From the NCBI GenBank assembly GCA_030674415.1, contig JAUSGP010000006.1, positions 1-32,242 of the forward strand: 32,242 bases of DNA, read 5' to 3'. Position numbers and translations under genes: made by a program. The notes beneath the pieces are model-generated. The model searched no databases. It saw nothing but the letters and a program-made list of their open reading frames with translations, and was not told where the DNA came from. Source of the stretch: a bacterium. Lineage in GTDB: Bacteria > Patescibacteriota > Minisyncoccia > Phycocordibacterales > Zambryskibacteraceae. This document shows positions 1-7,734 of this stretch, piece by piece (within the stretch, counting starts at the first letter, position 1; every line of letters starts with the position of its first letter).

Positions 1-1187
<1,187 letters not shown>

Positions 1188-1251
1188 AATTTAGATAAAT
1201 AAAAACCCGAGTGGGTTACGGGGAAACTATATATCAAAAGGGGTTTTTGGG

Positions 1252-1280
1252 CAAATGAAAGCCCGGCGCGATACCGGGCT
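1252..1280 (-). terminator. Rho-independent terminator after the 101-aa ORF
   Basis: Stem AGCCCGG (1260-1266) / CCGGGCT (1274-1280) with a 7-nt loop, followed on the minus strand by TTTCATTTGC. A second weak hairpin AACCC/GGGTT plus a T-run lies at 1201-1217. Confidence 0.6.
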
Positions 1281-1290
1281 TGAATAGAAG

Positions 1291-1596
1291 TCACTCGCCG
1301 CACACGTTTCCGTGCCCGATACTAATGACTCCATCGTACATGCTGAGGTAGAGCACCGGGTCGAGCTTGTCGAGCTCCTCCTTGAGCTTGGCCTTAAGGG
1401 CCTCGAACTCTTCCCAGTTTCGGCTCTTCTCCAGGGCCGCCACATACCCAGATTTCACGGAAATGAAGCAGCGGTTCGGACCAGAAGCTTTGCGAGCTCT
1501 GACCAGAAACCTCTTCCACGCTTCCCCATTGGCACTGAAGGTGCCACTTGGAGCCCTAAGAGCGACTACTGTCATCCTAAGAGCGACCGCTGTCAT
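1291..1596 (-). CDS. Hypothetical 101-aa protein, self-contained gene inserted between rpsG and fusA
   Basis: ORF-track ORF. GAGGAG sits 5 nt upstream of the ATG at 1596, and the gene has its own terminator at 1252-1280. No motif recognised. Composition looks GC-richer than the flanking ribosomal genes. Confidence 0.6.
   Translation of the reverse strand: MTAVALRMTVVALRAPSGTFSANGEAWKRFLVRARKASGPNRCFISVKSGYVAALEKSRNWEEFEALKAKLKEELDKLDPVLYLSMYDGVISIGHGNVCGE
1555..1596. repeat. 21-bp tandem duplication covering the start codon of the 101-aa ORF
   Basis: cctaagagcgactactgtcat (1555-1575) is followed by cctaagagcgaccgctgtcat (1576-1596), 19/21 identical. This yields the peptide repeat MTAVALR-MTVVALR, with two in-frame ATGs 21 nt apart. 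Confidence 0.9.
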
Positions 1597-1634
1597 ATTG
1601 TCTCCTCACTTGGTAAAAACGTGCTTCCACGTGT

Positions 1635-1663
1635 ATTAATATCACAATAATACAAAAAGTCAA
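1635..1663 (-). promoter_or_regulatory. Candidate sigma70-type promoter for the 101-aa ORF
   Basis: Minus strand reads TTGACT (rc of 1658-1663), 17 nt, ATTAAT (rc of 1635-1640), about 40 nt upstream of the ATG at 1596. Confidence 0.4.
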
Positions 1664-1847
1664 TACAACCGTACAACCAAGGTTCAGATTTTCTAAGAAG
1701 TTCAAGGCGCAAACTTATGAAGTTTTATTCGATAAGATTTTTCTTCAGTATCAAGGCGCGAGCGAGCAAACGACTAAGGAGTATAAAAATACTCCGCAGG
1801 AGTGGCGGAGTGGGCAACGCAGATAATGGAGAAAAAGATATCGAAAA

Positions 1848-2318
1848 CTACCAAGCAAAGTGAGCGAAGGCTTTATTAGCTTCCGCCATCTTGTGAGTGT
1901 TTTCTCGTTTTCGCACCGCATCGCCTTCGTTGTTTGAAGCCGCGATGATCTCTTCGGCGAGCTTCTCGTGCATCGGCTTGCCCTTCTTGGCGCGAGCGGC
2001 GTCAATAATCCATTTCATCGAGAGGAAGATGCGTCGTTCCGGACGTACTTCACGAGGAATCTGATAGTTGGCGCCTCCCACTCGGCGTGAACGGACTTCC
2101 ATAGTCGGACCGGTGTTCTTAAGAGCAGTTTCAAGCACTTCCAAAGGATTAGGATTCTTGGTCTTCTCTTTGATAAAATCCATTGCAGCATAAACCACCT
2201 TCCTGGCAGTCTGCTTCTTCCCCGCTTCCATCACGTAGTTGACGAACTTCGTCAGCTTCTCGGAATCATAGAGATAGTCTGGCTGGATCTTCGGCTTGGC
2301 TTTAAGTTTGCGTCTCAT
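1848..2318 (-). CDS. rpsG: 30S ribosomal protein S7
   Basis: 156 aa. Full-length S7-like sequence (…EVRSRRVGGANYQIPREVRPERR…KRENTHKMAEANKAFAHFAW). Lies immediately downstream of rpsL. Confidence 0.97.
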   Translation of the reverse strand: MRRKLKAKPKIQPDYLYDSEKLTKFVNYVMEAGKKQTARKVVYAAMDFIKEKTKNPNPLEVLETALKNTGPTMEVRSRRVGGANYQIPREVRPERRIFLSMKWIIDAARAKKGKPMHEKLAEEIIAASNNEGDAVRKRENTHKMAEANKAFAHFAW

Positions 2319-2341
2319 TTTTGTAAATTGAAAATTGAAAA

Positions 2342-2758
2342 TTATTTTGCTTTCTTCGGTCTCTTAACGCCATATTGAGAGCGGGTCTGGCGTCTGGTCT
2401 CTACTCCGGTAGCATCAAGCACCCCACGCACGATAGTGTAGCGAAGTCCGACATCCTTCACACGGCCGCCACGAATCATGACCACCGAGTGTTCCTGGAG
2501 ATTATGACCGATGCCTGGGATGTAGGCTGTTACTTCCATGCCGTTGGTCAGACGCACACGAGCGATTTTTCTGATAGCGGAGTTAGGCTTCTTAGGAGTC
2601 TTGGTGGTGACCTTAGTAGCTACCCCACGCTTGAAGGGAGAGTTGAAGAAAACTGGTCTGTTCTTAAGAGTATTGAACCCGCGCGTCAAAGCGACCGCCT
2701 TGGTCTTCCGGACAAGCTTCTTCCTCTTTCTCTTGACGAGCTGATTGATAGTGGACAT
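2342..2758 (-). CDS. rpsL: 30S ribosomal protein S12
   Basis: The S12 sequence starts at the internal Met [13 protein letters not shown]…[19 protein letters not shown]…[24 protein letters not shown]. That ATG is at 2758-2756 with GGGGGA 6 nt upstream. The 50-aa N-terminal extension in the ORF track is not S12-like. Confidence 0.96.
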   Translation of the reverse strand: MSTINQLVKRKRKKLVRKTKAVALTRGFNTLKNRPVFFNSPFKRGVATKVTTKTPKKPNSAIRKIARVRLTNGMEVTAYIPGIGHNLQEHSVVMIRGGRVKDVGLRYTIVRGVLDATGVETRRQTRSQYGVKRPKKAK

Positions 2759-2818
2759 TAAAAATCCCCCACAAAGGGAGACTGATACTGTACTAAAACA
2801 ATGGATAAAATGCAAACT

Positions 2819-2846
2819 GGGCCCCTCACGCGAGTGCGAGGGGCCC
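2819..2846 (-). terminator. GC-rich hairpin terminator after the 33-aa mini-ORF
   Basis: Stem GGGCCCCTC (2819-2827) / GAGGGGCCC (2838-2846), followed on the minus strand by AGTTTGCATTTTATCC. Confidence 0.55.
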
Positions 2847-2852
2847 AATGGC

Positions 2853-2954
2853 TTAGTCCAGGCGCAGCGAGAGCCGCGCCAGTACCGCCAAGACGGCGAG
2901 GGCAACAATCACCTTGATGTGATTCCTCCCCCACCACGAGATAGCTTTGTTCAT
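2853..2954 (-). CDS. Candidate 33-aa hydrophobic mini-protein ([33 protein letters not shown])
   Basis: Below the ORF-track length cutoff. GGAGG sits 4 nt upstream of the ATG at 2954-2952. One predicted TM-like stretch. The stop is followed 6 nt later by the hairpin at 2819-2846. Confidence 0.35.
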   Translation of the reverse strand: MNKAISWWGRNHIKVIVALAVLAVLARLSLRLD

Positions 2955-2988
2955 GTAGCCTCCATTTACTACTATACACCCAAACAGT

Positions 2989-3588
2989 TTAAATGTCAAG
3001 CCCAGTAATAAGTCTGAAAATATGGCTAGCTACAGGGGCAATAAATTGCCAGACAAAGAAGATGAAGAAAAGGACCAATATCATACCGTAACGTTCGAAG
3101 AAAGCTCTGAAGGTGCCCATATTAGCTGGGAAAATAGCAAAAAGTAGCTTGGACCCGTCCAAGGGCGGTATAGGCATGAGGTTAAAGAGGGCAAGCAAGA
3201 TATTGATAAAGACAATGACCGAGACGATAGAAAGAAGGGCAGGATTAGCAGGATAAATCCGCAAGAAAAGCCCGAATATTAGAGCTATGCTTATGTTGGA
3301 AAGAGGTCCAGCCCCAGCCACGATCGCTTCAGACCACCGGCCGGGACGCAGATTATGAGGATTATAGGGTACAGGCTTGGCCCAGCCGAAGAGGAACCCG
3401 CCCATCATGTAAGAAATGGTCGGCACTATAACAGACCCGACTGGGTCCAGGTGTTTAAGTGGATTAAGCGTCAACCTCCCCTCCCAGCGAGCGGTTTGAT
3501 CGCCTAAGTAACTAGCCGCGTAGCCGTGCGAAACTTCGTGTATCACGATAGACATAATCAAAATCGCAATTTGAAATATAAACTCCAT
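2989..3588 (-). CDS. Site-2 protease family (peptidase M50) membrane metalloprotease
   Basis: HEVSHG (HExxH) lies in the first TM helix, the protein is multi-pass hydrophobic, and LMPIPPLDGS resembles the M50 LDG motif. Start placed at ATG 3588 (MEFIFQ…) because TATACT lies 6 nt upstream. The ORF track extends to a GTG at 3606. Confidence 0.85.
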   Translation of the reverse strand: MEFIFQIAILIMSIVIHEVSHGYAASYLGDQTARWEGRLTLNPLKHLDPVGSVIVPTISYMMGGFLFGWAKPVPYNPHNLRPGRWSEAIVAGAGPLSNISIALIFGLFLRIYPANPALLSIVSVIVFINILLALFNLMPIPPLDGSKLLFAIFPANMGTFRAFFERYGMILVLFFIFFVWQFIAPVASHIFRLITGLDI

Positions 3589-3599
3589 AATGCTAGTAT
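3571..3599 (+). promoter_or_regulatory. Promoter of rpmB giving a near-leaderless transcript
   Basis: TTGAAA (3571-3576), 17 nt, TAGTAT (3594-3599), then 9 nt to the ATG at 3609. No Shine-Dalgarno sequence. Confidence 0.5.
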
Positions 3600-3608
3600 A
3601 ACCCACCT

Positions 3609-3851
3609 ATGGCCAAGGTTTGTCCTGTAAACAATAAGGGCTCGATCATGGGGGGAGGCTACTCCAACCGCACTCGCGCTACCCAATTCAACCCGACCGG
3701 GATGGTTAGGAAGTATCCTAATCTCCAGAAGAAGCGCCTTTATGTACCAGAATTGAAGAAAACTCTTACTCTCACCCTCTCCACGCGAGCCTGGAAGACC
3801 ATCTCCAAACGCGGCGCCCACTCGGTATTGAAGAAAGCTGGGGTTATTTAA
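3609..3851 (+). CDS. rpmB: 50S ribosomal protein L28
   Basis: 80 aa. MAKVC…G…SNRTRATQFNPTGMVRKYPNLQKKRLYVPE matches the L28 pattern (MAKxC, PNLQ). Confidence 0.9.
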   Translation: MAKVCPVNNKGSIMGGGYSNRTRATQFNPTGMVRKYPNLQKKRLYVPELKKTLTLTLSTRAWKTISKRGAHSVLKKAGVI

Positions 3852-3908
3852 TTTGTAGACTTTTAAGCAGTTAGTTAGTAAAGTCGTATGAGACGGGAGG
3901 AAAATACG

Positions 3909-4223
3909 ATGAAGTTTCTTGTTCTTGTGCCGATTATCGCCTTCTATCTGTATCAAGACTTCAAACTCAGGAGATGGAGGAAACGGGAGAAAGAGGTGGT
4001 CAATCTGCATTGCGATATGTTTGATAAATATCGCGAGCTGATGGAAGATCCGCTCATGAGCTACCTGAAGTGGAAGGCGTGGCTACCGATCTTCGAAGCC
4101 GCTGACGAAAGATGTGAGCAGCTTGAGCCAGATATGGCAGCACGACTCGGCCGCGTCTCCAATTTCGTAAAAAGAGCCATCAACGACGACGGCTACAAGC
4201 AAGACACAATGGCGGGGAGATAA
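3909..4223 (+). CDS. Hypothetical small membrane-anchored protein (104 aa)
   Basis: GGGAGG sits 8 nt upstream of the ATG at 3909 (MKFLVLVPIIAFYLY…). N-terminal TM followed by a charged helical region. A terminator overlaps the stop. The ORF track starts 7 codons earlier, at 3888. Confidence 0.55.
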   Translation: MKFLVLVPIIAFYLYQDFKLRRWRKREKEVVNLHCDMFDKYRELMEDPLMSYLKWKAWLPIFEAADERCEQLEPDMAARLGRVSNFVKRAINDDGYKQDTMAGR

Positions 4224-4245
4224 CATCAACCCGCCTTTTGCTTTA
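4211..4245 (+). terminator. Rho-independent terminator
   Basis: Stem GGCGGG (4211-4216) / CCCGCC (4230-4235), followed by TTTTGCTTT. Confidence 0.6.
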
Positions 4246-4257
4246 TCTAAAAACTTA

Positions 4258-4295
4258 ATACGTTAATATTCCACGGTCGTAGATTATTAACGTAC
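4258..4295. repeat. 38-bp hairpin-forming repeat, copy A (downstream of the PaaX-like gene)
   Basis: ATACGTTAATATTCCACGGTCGTAGATTATTAACGTAC. 9-bp arms ACGTTAATA / TATTAACGT around the core TTCCACGGTCGTAGAT. 32/38 identical to copy B, in the same orientation. Confidence 0.9.
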
Positions 4296-4307
4296 AAGTA
4301 GCTTAAG

Positions 4308-4874
4308 TTAAATTAGGTCGAAAAAGTTTCTAAGATGCTTGTCGTTTTCTAATTCATCAACAATTAAATATAGAACATTCTTTCCAACGCCCATCTCTGA
4401 TTTCAAAAGTGTCAGAATGTCTTCGCAATCATAAGGATAAACCCAAACACTATCTTGCAGATGATAGAAACCAGCCGTCTTGAACAGGTCTCTAATTTGA
4501 TCTCGTATTAATCTCTTCCTCTCAGGAATGTCGAAAATAATGACTCTCCACTTTTTATCCCATTTCTTGGGTCTTTCTAGTCTAAAGTTGGCAAACTCCC
4601 AGCGACGAAGTATGTCTTCCCCTTTGGAAGTCATACAATATCTTTTACCGTCATAATATAATAGTCCGCGTTTAACTAATTTACTGGCTGAAGAACTGAC
4701 ATACTCACCCTGTCTCTTCCTCGGAGCCATACCGAGCTTATGCATTGCCTTCGCTACATTAGGAGCCATCAATGCCACACTTAGCATTCCCACATCCGCT
4801 ATAACTTCCAAAATAAGCCTCTGCAAATGCCTTCGATTACCTCTTTCTCTACTTTTTTCTTCTATTTTACCCAT
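4308..4874 (-). CDS. PaaX-like / Cas2-fold-like putative transcriptional regulator
   Basis: N-terminal winged-helix-like segment (KLVKRGLLYYDGKRYCMTSKGEDIL). The C-terminal segment WDKKWRVIIFDIPERKRLIRDQIRDLFKTAGFYHLQDSVWVYPYD is typical of the PaaX C-terminal, Cas2-like region. Confidence 0.75.
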   Translation of the reverse strand: MGKIEEKSRERGNRRHLQRLILEVIADVGMLSVALMAPNVAKAMHKLGMAPRKRQGEYVSSSASKLVKRGLLYYDGKRYCMTSKGEDILRRWEFANFRLERPKKWDKKWRVIIFDIPERKRLIRDQIRDLFKTAGFYHLQDSVWVYPYDCEDILTLLKSEMGVGKNVLYLIVDELENDKHLRNFFDLI

Positions 4875-4910
4875 ACGTTATTAATCCACGGTCGTAGAAT
4901 TATAACGTAT
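4873..4910. repeat. 38-bp hairpin-forming repeat, copy B (between a TATAAT box and the start codon of the PaaX-like gene)
   Basis: ATACGTTATTAATCCACGGTCGTAGAATTATAACGTAT. 7-bp arms ACGTTAT / ATAACGT. On the minus strand the outer arm contains TATAAT about 24 nt upstream of the ATG at 4874, which is an operator-like position. Confidence 0.9.
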
Positions 4911-4950
4911 ATATGATTTTAATACTTTATTGGCTGTGAATAGCACAACC

Positions 4951-5838
4951 TTACTTTAGTTCAAGAGTTTTTCCATCTGTTTCGAATTTTATAGTCCCGC
5001 TCTCGGCGGTACTGATTGTTTTAGCTCCGACTTTTTGCAAAATATTTATAACTTCTTTGTGAGGATGGCCGTAGGTGTTGTCTTTGCCGGCGGAAATCAC
5101 TACGTACTCGGGCGTGACTGCTTCGGCATATGTAAGTGAAGTAGAGGTGCGCGAACCATGATGTCCTGCTTTCAAAACATCGGAATCCAAGATTTGAGAA
5201 TCAAGTTTAAGCAAAATATTTTCCGTCTTGATCGGCGAGTCGCCGGTAAGAAGAAAGGATGATTCGCCGTAGACAAGCTTGGCCACGATCGAGGCGTCAT
5301 TGGTCTCCCAATTTGAAACATCTTGGTTGGGAAAGAGAATCATCAGCCTTACGCCGTCGCCGAAGTTTATTACCTGTCCCCTTCTGGCGAGGATGGTCGG
5401 AATCTTTTTCTCCTCTACCCTCTTTCTCAATTCATCATCGATTTCGTTATCGGATTCAACTCCGGGAGAGATAAGCAGGCCAACATCAAAACGACTGACC
5501 ACTTCCGGCAAACCCCCGATGTGGTCCGCATCTGGATGTGTGGCTATGATCACATCGATGCGCTTGTCTCCAAATGACAAGGTCTTACCAAGTTCACTGA
5601 TAATCTGCCGATTACGTCCGCCATCGACCAGAACTCTGCCGTGTGTCGGCGAGTCGATGAGTATGGCATCACCCTGCCCAATGTCGAAGAAGTAGACTTT
5701 CAAAATATCCCCAGGATTCTTTTGCCACACAAGCACCCAGACCGCGAGATTAAGTGCGATTAAAGTTACGAGCAGGATCTCTCTCCACCGCTTCTTGAAT
5801 GTTTCTTTGTATACCACCGTCTTAAGTATATAATTCAA
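4951..5838 (-). CDS. ComEC/Rec2-type metallo-beta-lactamase domain protein (C-terminal ComEC module encoded as a separate gene)
   Basis: N-terminal TM, then FFDIGQGDAILI…, ATHPDADHIGG (HxHxDH-type motif) and KAGHHGS. ORF-track start is a TTG at 5838. An alternative GTG at 5817 has TATACT 7 nt upstream. Confidence 0.85.
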   Translation of the reverse strand: MNYILKTVVYKETFKKRWREILLVTLIALNLAVWVLVWQKNPGDILKVYFFDIGQGDAILIDSPTHGRVLVDGGRNRQIISELGKTLSFGDKRIDVIIATHPDADHIGGLPEVVSRFDVGLLISPGVESDNEIDDELRKRVEEKKIPTILARRGQVINFGDGVRLMILFPNQDVSNWETNDASIVAKLVYGESSFLLTGDSPIKTENILLKLDSQILDSDVLKAGHHGSRTSTSLTYAEAVTPEYVVISAGKDNTYGHPHKEVINILQKVGAKTISTAESGTIKFETDGKTLELK

Positions 5839-6377
5839 TGATGGCTAAACAATTCGAGGAAAAGAAATTTAATATCCCCGCGCTCAAAGGTATTTCAGCA
5901 AAAACGATCGAGGAACACCTTAAGCTCTATGCTGGTTATGTGAAAAACTCTAATGATTTATTGGGAGGAGAAGAATACAACCGCCGATTTCCATTTGAGT
6001 TTAACGGCATGAGGAATCATGAAATTTATTTCTCGCACTTTGAAGGTGGGGCCAAGTCTCTAGCAACCGACAGTGAGTTTGTTAAAGCTGGATTTGATTT
6101 AGAAAAGTTTAAAGCCTTAGCCCTAACACGTGGGGTAGGTTGGGCTATCGTGTATTACGACCCGATATCCAAACAACTTATACATAACTGGGTCGATGAA
6201 CAGCATTTAGGCCAGCTCTCTTCCTGCATCCCTATCCTTGCTCTCGACATGTGGGAGCATTCGTATGTCGCTGACTACCAGCCTTCTGGCAAAAAGCAGT
6301 ATGTTGAAGACTTCTTCGAAAACCTTAACTGGAAATCTTGCGAAGAGAATTTTGCCAACGCCACACGATTACAATAA
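5838..6377 (+). CDS. Fe/Mn superoxide dismutase family protein (short form)
   Basis: LDMWEHSYVADY matches the DxWEH(A)YY motif. Candidate upstream His ligands lie in IEEHLKLYAGYV and NGMRNHEIYF. TATAAT (5829-5834) lies 6 nt before the second ATG (5841), which may be the true start. Confidence 0.75.
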   Translation: MMAKQFEEKKFNIPALKGISAKTIEEHLKLYAGYVKNSNDLLGGEEYNRRFPFEFNGMRNHEIYFSHFEGGAKSLATDSEFVKAGFDLEKFKALALTRGVGWAIVYYDPISKQLIHNWVDEQHLGQLSSCIPILALDMWEHSYVADYQPSGKKQYVEDFFENLNWKSCEENFANATRLQ

Positions 6378-7734
6378 GTGCGAGATAGGCTAAAGCTATT
6401 ATCGACCAGTGGACCGGCGGCACAGCCACAGAAGCAAACGAGAGATTGCCGAGGACATGTGCGACAAGAAGTATCCACCCCAAGAGAAGGTGCGAAAGAT
6501 ATGATAATGGCCACGCGATAATCAGACTGACGTAGCCAAGAAGAGTCGCGAGGAATCCTATGAGCATAGTGAACGGAATGATAAGAAGCACCAAGATATT
6601 GGCCGGAAGCGAGACGAGCGAGAAGTCACCCATCGAATAGATAAGAAGTGGTAGCACAGTAATCTGCGTACCGATAGTAGTGGCGACAATGGAACGAAAC
6701 TCCCAACGTTCCGGAAGTTTTTCTAAATATTTTTCTGCAATCGGCACGACATAAATGAGCGCTAGAGTCGCAAGGAATGAAAGTTGGAAGGACGGATCGA
6801 AAACCAGAATCTTCGGATTTTCCAATAGCATGAGAAACCCTGCCAGTAGAAGCGCTCTGGGAGCCGAGAACTTGCGCCGAGTCATCTTAGCCGCCACTAC
6901 TGCGGTAACCATAAGCGAGGCGCGTACTACTGTTGCTTCTGCTCCGGTCATGATGACGAACATGAGAATGCCGAGAAGTGCGACAGCATTATTCCTGAAG
7001 AGCTTCCTCATAAAGTCAGCGATGATAGTGATGTTAAAGCCCGAGAGCACTACGATGTGAATGATGCCCGCGCGGCGGAATTCTTCGAGCAGCCCCGCTG
7101 GCATGGCATCGCGGCCAGCCACTAGAAGTCCCGCCAAGAGACTCGAATAGGGCTCGGCCAAGATTTCCCTAATCTTATTCACAAAACTCCTTTTGATCTT
7201 AAGAAGTATCGCCTTCACCACACTACCTTCTCCGCTTCCTAGCACTTCAATCTTGGCGAAGCTCATGGTGTAGTAAATATCGTCTTTAGAAAGATATTTT
7301 GCGTAATCAAATGGTCGACCACCGTCTTCATCTTCTATAATGCCTGGCTCTTTAAGCTTCCCTTCTACATTTACCCTGTCTCCATATTGAACAGGGCTGT
7401 ATAAACCAGTACTGACCAGAACTTTTTCATTATTATTGGAATGGAGAACAAAACGTGTCGCATTCTCTCTCTGTTCTGGCTCGCTCACTACGACACCTGT
7501 CTCACCGGGAACAATTGTTTCGTGGAAATCTTTAATAGAATAGCGCAAACAACCCAAACTAAAAGAAATAAGGGCTAGAGAAATAAACAGAACTTCGATC
7601 TTTCGATCTGAAACAATTATCGCAAGACCAATAATTAAAATACAAAGTGAAACAAGCGGAGAAATGAAAACGAAAGAAGAGACCAGAATGCCGAAAACAA
7701 AACTAAAGATGACAATAAGAATTTCGCGATCCAT
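6325..7734 (-). CDS. comEC: ComEC/Rec2 competence channel, N-terminal (DUF4131-like) plus Competence domain, lacking the MBL domain
   Basis: Polytopic membrane protein with an OB-like soluble insert. RRAGIIHIVVLSGFNITII resembles the ComEC HLLAISGLH motif. Start placed at MDREIL (7734); the ORF track extends to 7785, inside rnhA. Confidence 0.85.
   Translation of the reverse strand: MDREILIVIFSFVFGILVSSFVFISPLVSLCILIIGLAIIVSDRKIEVLFISLALISFSLGCLRYSIKDFHETIVPGETGVVVSEPEQRENATRFVLHSNNNEKVLVSTGLYSPVQYGDRVNVEGKLKEPGIIEDEDGGRPFDYAKYLSKDDIYYTMSFAKIEVLGSGEGSVVKAILLKIKRSFVNKIREILAEPYSSLLAGLLVAGRDAMPAGLLEEFRRAGIIHIVVLSGFNITIIADFMRKLFRNNAVALLGILMFVIMTGAEATVVRASLMVTAVVAAKMTRRKFSAPRALLLAGFLMLLENPKILVFDPSFQLSFLATLALIYVVPIAEKYLEKLPERWEFRSIVATTIGTQITVLPLLIYSMGDFSLVSLPANILVLLIIPFTMLIGFLATLLGYVSLIIAWPLSYLSHLLLGWILLVAHVLGNLSFASVAVPPVHWSIIALAYLALIVIVWRWQNSLRKISS

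Noticed and set aside
1312-1650. Plus-strand ORFs of 112 aa and 90 aa overlapping the 101-aa minus-strand ORF
   Set aside because: No SD or promoter context, and the translations are low-complexity. Long open frames on several strands are expected in a GC-richer patch. The minus-strand frame has an SD, a terminator and a promoter-like element.
2759-2908. 50-aa N-terminal extension of the rpsL ORF in the track
   Set aside because: The S12 sequence begins at MSTINQL (2758). The extension overlaps the mini-ORF and terminator region and is not S12-like.
3558-4010. 150-aa minus-strand ORF antisense to rpmB
   Set aside because: It overlaps the well-supported L28 gene completely and has no recognisable motifs.
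4258-4910. Integron attC sites flanking a gene cassette
   Set aside because: The arms do not fit the RYYYAAC/GTTRRRY core consensus, the elements are shorter than typical attC sites, and no integrase or attI is present in the window. Kept only as a generic cassette or operator hypothesis.
5259-5695. Three plus-strand ORFs (71-138 aa) inside the MBL-domain gene
   Set aside because: They are antisense to a gene with clear MBL motifs and are not supported by any signal.
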